Source: a bacterium
GTDB lineage: Bacteria > UBA8248 > JACPRG01 > G963555815
Direction: 5' to 3'
DNA: 64,000 bases
Assembly (NCBI GenBank): GCA_963555815.3
Contig: CAUVWX020000002.1
Coordinates: 480,001-544,000 of the forward strand
Part shown: positions 57,126 through 64,000 of the stretch, piece by piece
Numbering within the stretch: the stretch's first letter is position 1
Layout of the letters: each line of letters begins with the position of its first letter
Position numbers and translations under genes: made by a program
The notes under the pieces: generated by a model
The model's input: the letters and a program-made list of their open reading frames with translations, nothing else
The model's database searches: none
What the model was told of the DNA's origin: nothing

Positions 57126-58754
57126 CTAGGGCTGCGATTCCCCGTCGAGGTCCTCCGGCTGCGTTTCTCCCGCTTCCCGAAGGATCCGTCTTAAAATCTT
57201 CCCCGATGCTGACCTGGGGATGGCGCGGGTAAACTCCACCTCTCGGACCTGTTTGTACTCGTCAACTTGTGCTCGAACAAAATCCATGATGTCCTCGGCG
57301 TTCACCTCACTCTTGTTCTTGTTCCGCAGGACAATAAAAGCCTTGGGAATCTCCCCTGCTTCAGAGTCGGGTTTTCCGACGACAGCGCAATCGACCACCC
57401 CTGGGTGACAGCGAAGAGCGGCCTCCAGCTCCGCGGGAGCAATTCTGAACCCCTTGTACCTGATCATCTCCTCCAGGCGGTCCTGAAAGTAGATGTAGCC
57501 CTCCTCATCCACCCGGACGAGGTCTCCAGTATAGAGCCAGCCATCTCGAAGGGTCCGGGCCGTCTCCTCGGGCGCATTCCAGTAGCCCTTCATGATGTGA
57601 GGACCTCTGAGGACAAGCTCTCCCGCCTCCCCGGGCGGAACCTCAAGCTCTCCCGTTTCGAGGTCCACAACCCTCTGCTGCTCATCCGAGACAGGGGGCC
57701 CAACGGACTCCGCCTTAACGAGCTCCGCGATGGGGGGGTTCATGTGGGTGAGTGGAGAGGCCTCGGTGAGACCATAGGCCATGAAAGTGAGGACCCCGGT
57801 TTGCTCTTGGACCCGTTCTCGGAGCTCGAGGGAAAGGGGGGCCGCCCCACTCATGATGTAGCGAAGGGAAGAGAGGTCAAACGGGCTGAGGTCGGGATAA
57901 TCGGCGATGGCGAGGAGGTCTGGAGGGGTGCCGTAGAAAAGGCTAACCCGATGGCGCTCAATGAGGCCAAAGGCCTCTTCCGCCTTAAAACGCTTCATCA
58001 GGATCTGTGTCCCCGCCGCCGCCACCATCCCCCCCATGATCATCGTCCCGCCTGCGCCATAGAGGGGAAGGAAGAGAAGGGCCCGGTCGCGAGAGGTGAC
58101 CCGGTGGTTTGCGATAAACTGGATATGGGTGGAGACCAAGTTGCGGTGCGTCAGCATGACTCCCTTGGGGGGACCTGTGGTCCCGCTGGAATAGGAAATG
58201 GTGACGAGATCTTCGGCAGGGTCGATGGGAGGGCCGTCGAAGGGTTCCGTGGACTCCCCGGCAATCCATTCATGAAAAAGTGGTGTCCCGCCGCCGATGG
58301 GACCTTTCCCCACAACAACAAATTCTTCGAGCGTCTGGACATATCGGGTGAGACCTGTGACATGGCGCAAGAGGTCCTGCTCCACGATGCAGACCTTCGC
58401 CCCTGAATCCTCCAGTTGATAACGGGCCTCCTGGGCTTTGAAGGAGGTGTTTAAGGGCGTCAAGATGGCCCCCACCTTGGAGCCGGCAAAGAAGGCGACC
58501 TCGAATTCGGCCGAGTTTCCAAGGTAAAGAGCCAGACGGTCTCCATATCCCACCCCCAGCCCGGCGAGGGCCCGGGCGCCGGCGTTCGAGAGGGCGTCGA
58601 GCTCCTGAAACGTGAGTTTCCGGTCCCCGTCGATGACAGCTGCCCGGCCAGGACACCGCCCGGCGGCGGCACTCAAGAGCCCATGGAAAGGACAATTGGG
58701 ATATTGAAGGGAGGGACGCATAAATTTCATCTTGGCGTTTGGGACAAATGACAC
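57126..58754 (-). CDS. AMP-forming acyl-CoA ligase (long-chain fatty acid / 4-coumarate-CoA ligase-like)
   Basis: YSSGTTGPPKG, YGLTE, GWLYTGD, PAELE, SGKILRR; start 58754 or 58730. Confidence 0.93.
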   Translation of the reverse strand: MSFVPNAKMKFMRPSLQYPNCPFHGLLSAAAGRCPGRAAVIDGDRKLTFQELDALSNAGARALAGLGVGYGDRLALYLGNSAEFEVAFFAGSKVGAILTPLNTSFKAQEARYQLEDSGAKVCIVEQDLLRHVTGLTRYVQTLEEFVVVGKGPIGGGTPLFHEWIAGESTEPFDGPPIDPAEDLVTISYSSGTTGPPKGVMLTHRNLVSTHIQFIANHRVTSRDRALLFLPLYGAGGTMIMGGMVAAAGTQILMKRFKAEEAFGLIERHRVSLFYGTPPDLLAIADYPDLSPFDLSSLRYIMSGAAPLSLELRERVQEQTGVLTFMAYGLTEASPLTHMNPPIAELVKAESVGPPVSDEQQRVVDLETGELEVPPGEAGELVLRGPHIMKGYWNAPEETARTLRDGWLYTGDLVRVDEEGYIYFQDRLEEMIRYKGFRIAPAELEAALRCHPGVVDCAVVGKPDSEAGEIPKAFIVLRNKNKSEVNAEDIMDFVRAQVDEYKQVREVEFTRAIPRSASGKILRRILREAGETQPEDLDGESQP

Positions 58755-58949
58755 GCTTGGCGCAAAAGACTCTCCACTTTAAACAAAAACCTAATCCTGC
58801 GAAGAATTCTAGAGAGGCCTTCCGCACGAAGTCAAATTTGGAGGGGCATTGATGAGGACACCCCATCTTTGTCGTGCTCGTCAGAGGGGATATCGTTGTT
58901 CCCTTAAAAGAGGTTGCCTCGGGTGAAAAAGGAAACCCTTCAGAGTCAA

Positions 58950-59327
58950 ATGAAACATCTGTTTGTCTATGGGACCCTGATGCGGGGAGAAAGACGGGCC
59001 GCCACCGTGGAGGGCGGGACCTACCTCTGCGACGGAAGGGTCGAGGGCTTTTGTCTCTACTACCTGGGGGATTATCCCGGGATCTACCCCACCCCTGGTG
59101 GACAGGTCTTCGGGGAGATTTTTTGTTTCGAGGACATCGCCCTGGCTCTTTCGCGTCTCGATGTTTTCGAGGATGTCCCGTCTCTCTTTCGGCGGGAAAT
59201 CCTGCCGGTCCTATCGGATTCCAGCCCCCTTGAGGCCTGGATTTATGTCCTTCAAGAAGACCCCGGCGGCCGATTTCCACCCATCATCGGCGGCCACTGG
59301 CCCGCCCACCGGCTCTCAAGCACCTGA
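58950..59327 (+). CDS. Gamma-glutamylcyclotransferase (AIG2/YtfP-like)
   Basis: LFVYGTLMRG, LGDYPG, V.GE, LDVFE, AWIY. Confidence 0.92.
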   Translation: MKHLFVYGTLMRGERRAATVEGGTYLCDGRVEGFCLYYLGDYPGIYPTPGGQVFGEIFCFEDIALALSRLDVFEDVPSLFRREILPVLSDSSPLEAWIYVLQEDPGGRFPPIIGGHWPAHRLSST

Positions 59328-59389
59328 GAAAAGGGTTTTGCCAGACTGTTTAGAAGCGACTTGCAGGATTGACCCGCTTCAGTTCGGCC

Positions 59390-60250
59390 TCAATTCGCAG
59401 CTAACTTGGAAGACACCCTTGGGAGGCCCAAAAATCCTTCAAGGGTGTGGGCCTCTTTTTGGGGATGGAGGAGTTTGAATCGTTCCCTAAAACTTTTGTG
59501 CTCGCTGACGAGGACGTCTGCATAAGCCAGGGAAGAGAGATGGATGAACTCCTCGGCGTCACTCCGCTTTCGGTCTTCATGTCGAACCCGGTAAAGAAAA
59601 CGCTTGAGGATCGGGATCTTCAGGAAGGCGGCGAGCGAGGGACACCGGGAGAGCTTGCCCTCCACCTTTCGGGCCAGGGCGGATGGACGCTCGGTCTTCA
59701 TCACCTCGGCCAGGAGCTTCCTCAGCGCTTCTCGTCGCCCCTCCTGGCTCCAACTGGCGACCATCTGCTGAAAATCCTCGGCGTCGCCTGTCCAAAGGGG
59801 GGGCTCCCCGAAAAGGTGATCCACGGCGCGCCCAAAGTGCTCCAGCCAGCGCCGCCTCTCCTTTAAATGGGATTCGGACTCGGGACCAAAGTCTCCCCTG
59901 GCGAACGCCTCAAAGTGCCCCACCACTTGCTTCTGCTCCTCTTCGTCCATCTCCCATCGGGGCCGGGGCCGCTCGTCCAGGACCGCCCGCACCTCCCCTT
60001 GAAGAAGCCAGCGAAAGGGTTTCAGGAGGCCCTTGGGAACCAGCTTCTGGACCAACTCGAAGAGCGCCCTCCCCTCTTCCTGACCTCCAAAACGAAAGGA
60101 ATTGGCAAGCTCGAGGAGGGCGGCCTCGTCAAAGAGGAGCACCCATGGGCTGCCCGGTTGGAGGAGCGCCGGCGCCTCCGTCCCCAGCTCTCGCAGCCGG
60201 TTGTAGGCTGAGGCCTCGAGATAGAGAAGCCTCTTGGATGGGGTGGGCAT
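59390..60250 (-). CDS. Hypothetical protein, possibly a degenerate PIN-like fold
   Basis: 286-aa ORF after DUF62; LLYLEASAY..LLELA and DAEEFIHL..AYADVLVSEH. Confidence 0.6.
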   Translation of the reverse strand: MPTPSKRLLYLEASAYNRLRELGTEAPALLQPGSPWVLLFDEAALLELANSFRFGGQEEGRALFELVQKLVPKGLLKPFRWLLQGEVRAVLDERPRPRWEMDEEEQKQVVGHFEAFARGDFGPESESHLKERRRWLEHFGRAVDHLFGEPPLWTGDAEDFQQMVASWSQEGRREALRKLLAEVMKTERPSALARKVEGKLSRCPSLAAFLKIPILKRFLYRVRHEDRKRSDAEEFIHLSSLAYADVLVSEHKSFRERFKLLHPQKEAHTLEGFLGLPRVSSKLAAN

Positions 60251-60266
60251 GGGAAAAACCCCTGCC

Positions 60267-61085
60267 TTAATTTCGAGGGATGACCGTGACGGGAGTCCCT
60301 CGCCGGGCGCCCAGGCGCTCCCGGGCGTTGGCCGAACGGCAAAAGACTTCCAGATAACCCCAACTGTTGAAGAGGGCCGCTGGGACACCCTCGCAGGCCG
60401 CCTGGTAGTAACTGACCAGGGGGCTGGCGGGGGCGTCCTCCACCTTGACCTCTGCGCCACTGAAGCCGGGTAGGGCTTTTTCTAAGAAAGGCCGGTCGAT
60501 ATTCGTCATCAAGTTTCCGAACCGGTCGACGTGGATCACCTCACCCTCAACGCGAGGCCTCTCCCCGGAGTGTTTAAGAAGTGGAGTCGGCCAGGTGAGC
60601 TCCTGGGCGTCCGAAATCTTCGCCCCGGCCTCCCCGGGGTCAGCCCCTAGGGCCAGATGGGCCGCTGCCGGGGCAAAAACATCCCGGCCGTGGAAGGTGG
60701 TGGAAACCTCAGGGAGAAACCAACGGCGATTGGTCAGTTCAAAAATCTCTGCTCCCTCCTCCTTCAAGGCGAAGGTGAGGAGGCCGTTGTCAGGGGCAAC
60801 GAAGAGGGAGGTGGGGGTCGAGACGACCAGGGCTCGTCGCGTTCCGCCGACCCCTGGGTCCACGACGGCCAAATGGACTGTCCCCGGCGGAAAGTACCGA
60901 TAGGCCGCCTTGAGGATCAGGGCGGCTCCCTGGACATCCTGAGGGGCCACCTCATGAGTGATGTCCACGAGGGCCGCGTCGGGGCAGACCCCCAGGATGA
61001 CGCCCTTCATGGCCCCCACGAAGCCATCATCCCTGCCGAAGTCCGTCGTGAGAATGATGACAGGCCTCTTCCGGCTCACGGGCAA
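60267..61085 (-). CDS. SAM hydroxide adenosyltransferase / SAM-dependent halogenase family (DUF62)
   Basis: LTTDFG..D.FVG.MKG, DITH, VVDPGVG..R, PDNG, STTFHGRDVF, DRFGN. Confidence 0.95.
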   Translation of the reverse strand: MPVSRKRPVIILTTDFGRDDGFVGAMKGVILGVCPDAALVDITHEVAPQDVQGAALILKAAYRYFPPGTVHLAVVDPGVGGTRRALVVSTPTSLFVAPDNGLLTFALKEEGAEIFELTNRRWFLPEVSTTFHGRDVFAPAAAHLALGADPGEAGAKISDAQELTWPTPLLKHSGERPRVEGEVIHVDRFGNLMTNIDRPFLEKALPGFSGAEVKVEDAPASPLVSYYQAACEGVPAALFNSWGYLEVFCRSANARERLGARRGTPVTVIPRN

Positions 61086-62446
61086 AAACCCTCTCTAGAA
61101 CCGGCTTCGAGCGGGGCCACAGCAGTCCCCCGGACGTTTTTCTCCCCCACCGCTTCCACGCAGACATGGACACACTCGTTCATCCAGGCGTCCGGTCCCT
61201 CCGTCAGCACCTCGATGTAATTGTCCGTGAGACCTCTGAGGAGGCCTGTCCCCTTGTGCCGCGTGTGTTCGATGAGAACCGTGACGGTCTTACCTAAATG
61301 GGTCCCAAAGAAAGCGCTTTGCTTTTTCCGTCCTAGCTCCCGCAGCCGGGCGGCCCGCTCCGTTTTGACTTTTGAGGGAATTTGTTCCATTTTCGCCGCC
61401 GGTGTATTCCGCCTGGTGGAGTAGGGGAAGACGTGAAGGTAGGTAATGGGGAGGCGGTCGATCAGGGCGAGGGTCTCCTCGAAGGCTTTTTGGCTCTCCC
61501 CTGGGAACCCGGCGATAACGTCCGCTCCGATCCCCACCGTTGGCATCTTCTCCTTGATGCGCAGCAACCGCTCCGCATAGAAGTCCGATGAGTAGGGTCG
61601 GCGCATGGACCGGAGGACGCCGTCGTCCCCGCTTTGAAGGGGAATGTGAAAGTGAGGACAAAGGCACGGCGTCTCGGCGCATCGGTCAATGAGGTGATTT
61701 GGGATCTCCCAGGGATTCAGAGAGCTGATTCGAAGGCGTTTGAGCCCCTGGATCTCCCCGAGCTGTCCTACCAGGACCGCAAGGTCTGTCTTAGGCGAAA
61801 GATCCCACCCATAACTGCCCAGGTCCACCCCCGTTAGCACGACCTCACGATGGCCGGAGGCCACCATGGCCTCTACTTGCTCGGTCACCGCCCGGGGCGA
61901 GAGACTGCGGCTGGGGCCTCTGGCCAGGGTGATGGCGCAGAAGGAACAGCGGAAATCGCACCCGTCCTGGACTTTCAGAAAGGCCCGGGTGTGCCCCGCG
62001 AATATCTGGAGAGGAAGGGAAGTGAAGTTTCTCGTCTTCGCTATGTCTCCCACCTCGACCACCGGCTCTCCGAGCGGACGCTTCCCAAGGCCGTTCGTCC
62101 CGACGAAGGCGTCAAGACGCTCAGCCAGATGGAGTTTCTCCTGGTTCCCGAGGATCAGATCGACCCCTTCCAGGCGCGCCGCCTCCTTTTGGCTGGCCTG
62201 GGGGTAGCAGCCGGCCAGGACGACGAGAGCCTCCTCATTCCTCTTCACCGCTCGGCGGGCCAGCTGTCGCGAGCGATAGTCGCTCTTTCCCGTCACGGTG
62301 CAGGTGTTGATCACGTAAACGTCGGCCAGGTCTTCGAAGGAGACCACCCGGTAGCCCTTTGCCCGGAGGGACTCCTTCATGGCCGCCGTCTCGAACTGGT
62401 TCATGCGGCAACCAAGCGTATCCAGGGCGACGCGAAGACCTGTCAT
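61076..62446 (-). CDS. mtaB: tRNA t6A37 methylthiotransferase
   Basis: TLGCRMNQFE, INTCTVT, GCY, RAFLKVQDGCDFRCSFC, HFHIPLQSG, HVFPYS, C-terminal TRAM domain. Confidence 0.95.
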   Translation of the reverse strand: MTGLRVALDTLGCRMNQFETAAMKESLRAKGYRVVSFEDLADVYVINTCTVTGKSDYRSRQLARRAVKRNEEALVVLAGCYPQASQKEAARLEGVDLILGNQEKLHLAERLDAFVGTNGLGKRPLGEPVVEVGDIAKTRNFTSLPLQIFAGHTRAFLKVQDGCDFRCSFCAITLARGPSRSLSPRAVTEQVEAMVASGHREVVLTGVDLGSYGWDLSPKTDLAVLVGQLGEIQGLKRLRISSLNPWEIPNHLIDRCAETPCLCPHFHIPLQSGDDGVLRSMRRPYSSDFYAERLLRIKEKMPTVGIGADVIAGFPGESQKAFEETLALIDRLPITYLHVFPYSTRRNTPAAKMEQIPSKVKTERAARLRELGRKKQSAFFGTHLGKTVTVLIEHTRHKGTGLLRGLTDNYIEVLTEGPDAWMNECVHVCVEAVGEKNVRGTAVAPLEAGSREGFCP

Positions 62447-62708
62447 CTCAACTCCTGGCCAAGCAGATCGCTTCTCAAAAAGACCTTGACTGACTCAGTT
62501 GAGCACCGTATCTAGTGTAGCATGACTAAAAGGGCTTGATTGATCTTGCTAGTGTCGCTGAGAGACCGAGGCCATTCTCCTTAACCCCTCCACCTCTGAA
62601 GCCTTTTCTGTGATAATAATCTAACAATAGGACATCGAGATGGGCATCTTGGGGAATCTCTGTCGCTCGATTGATGATGCAAAGGCTGTCGCCGAGGACA
62701 GGTGTTAA

Positions 62709-63608
62709 ATGTCTTCTCCGGTTTTTGGCAGCATCGAAGAAGTTCAAGATCGTCTCAAGGACGAAAAGTACATCGCGGATCGGGCCCTCTCGACGACGGT
62801 CTTTCTTTCGATCCAGATGGGCAAGCCCATCTTCCTCGAGGGAGAAGCCGGGGTCGGCAAGACCGATGTGGCAAAGGTCTTGGCCCGGATCGCAGACACC
62901 CGCCTCATTCGTCTCCAATGCTACGAGGGACTGGATGCCAACGCCGCCCTCTATGAATGGAATTACGCCAAACAGCTCCTTCGAATCAAGCTCTCGGAGG
63001 GTCAAAAGGGCTCGCGGGAGGAGCTAGAGGAAACCATCTTCAGCCCTGACTTCCTCATCAAACGGCCTCTTCTTCAAGCCATCCAGAGCGACAACGACAA
63101 GTCCCCCGTCCTCCTCATCGACGAAGTGGACCGAAGTGACGAAGAGTTCGAGGCCTTTCTCCTGGAGGTCTTGGCCGATTTCCAAATCACGATCCCGGAG
63201 ATCGGGACCATCAGCGCCCACCACAAACCTTACGTGGTCCTCACCTCGAACCGAACCCGGGACGTCCACGACGCCCTCAAGCGCCGCTGCCTCTACCTCT
63301 AGATCGATTACCCCACCTTCGACAAAGAATTGGAAATCGTGACGACGAAGGTCCCCGGGATCGGCGAAGAGCTGGCGCGGCAGATCTGCAACTTCATGCA
63401 GGGATTCCGTGAAATGGACTTCTACAAGAAGCCCGGGATCGCCGAGACCCTTGACTGGGCCACGGCCCTCCTCACCCTTCACCGCTCGGAGCTGGATCGG
63501 GCGGCGGTCGAAGACACCCTGGGCACCATCTTCAAGTATCAGGAAGACGTCCTCCGGGCCCGGGACGAGGCCGTTCCCATGCTCTTTGGCCGCTACGCCG
63601 AGGACTGA
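62709..63608 (+). pseudogene. MoxR/CoxD-like AAA+ ATPase interrupted by an in-frame TAG
   Basis: GEAGVGKT, RLQCYEGLD, LIDEVDR, TSNRTR..DALKRRCLYL-TAG(63300-63302)-IDYP..KKPGIAETLDWA, all in one frame. Confidence 0.85.
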
Positions 63609-63612
63609 GACC

Positions 63613-64000
63613 GTGCTCAAGGGCCAGACCCAGCCAGCAGGAGACGAAAGTCCTCTCTGGTCCTCCTTGAAGTCCGGCCGAGGAAATAATTTTACCCAAG
63701 ATTCCCTCCTCTTTTGCAGGGCGCTCAGAGACCGCAAGGTCAAGGTAACGACGGGCCGGATCATCGATAGCTATCGGAGCTTTCACCACATCGACCTGAC
63801 GCAAAAGAGTGACTTCTACGTAGCCACCCGCGCCAACCTTGTTTCCAACCAGCACGAGATAAAGGTTTTCGACGACGTCTTTCGAGAGTTCTGGGATCTC
63901 GAAGACTTTTGTCCCGATGACCCGGAAGAAAATGCCCCGGGACGGGAGTCCACCGGTCTCGGACCTGAGAGCTGCAACGCCGAAGACCAAGAACCGGGCG
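63613..64000 (+). CDS. CoxE-like VWA-domain protein, N-terminus (runs off the window; absent from the ORF track)
   Basis: Open frame from GTG 63613: LFCRALRDRKVKVTTGRIID..IDL....DFYVATRANLVS..FDDVFREFW. Confidence 0.8.
   Translation, partial: MLKGQTQPAGDESPLWSSLKSGRGNNFTQDSLLFCRALRDRKVKVTTGRIIDSYRSFHHIDLTQKSDFYVATRANLVSNQHEIKVFDDVFREFWDLEDFCPDDPEENAPGRESTGLGPESCNAEDQEPG

Noticed and set aside
60267..61085. Fluorinase/chlorinase natural-product cluster
   Set aside because: Housekeeping context and generic DUF62 motifs; no biosynthetic genes nearby
1..64000. Genome-wide stop-codon reassignment (TGA or TAG) to explain the two in-frame stops
   Set aside because: TGA and TAG terminate many genes here at their expected C-termini, and Trp is encoded by TGG

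Overview
A GC-rich (roughly 60-65% by eye), gene-dense bacterial chromosome segment of mostly housekeeping genes. Gene order and content (zapB-zapA-6S RNA-fau-rny-ymdB; tmk-holB-ricT-metG-tatD/radical SAM; purSQL; LPS heptose genes) suggest a diderm lineage outside the Gammaproteobacteria, such as Nitrospinota/Tectomicrobia or a deltaproteobacteria-like group. That placement is an inference. Blocks: oxidoreductase, beta-barrel OMP and lipoprotein; M50 protease-aroB-aroQ-M24 peptidase-efp; a csp gene with a structured leader; ctpA-yibQ-tsaD; vanZ-dacB-recJ; a peptide ABC transporter; a ~17 kb minus-strand run of nucleotide-sugar, heptose and purine genes ending in a dihaem cytochrome c; dgt, a NodIJ-like ABC pair, an FmdB-type gene and fsa; MFS, ArnT-like transferase, acyl-CoA ligase and GGCT; mtaB-DUF62-PIN-like; coxD/coxE-like genes at the right edge. 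I saw no rRNA, tRNA, CRISPR array, IS element or prophage. The strongest hidden signal, which the ORF track splits in two, is an exported AhpC/TSA-family selenoprotein (UxxC) with a clear bacterial SECIS hairpin. Other oddities: an intrinsic terminator inside the csp leader, a likely ATT start codon, an amber stop in coxD, a 1-nt frameshift in fsa, an acidic tandem-repeat linker in MetRS and a TRAP gene remnant. I cannot support a wholly new multi-gene system from sequence alone.
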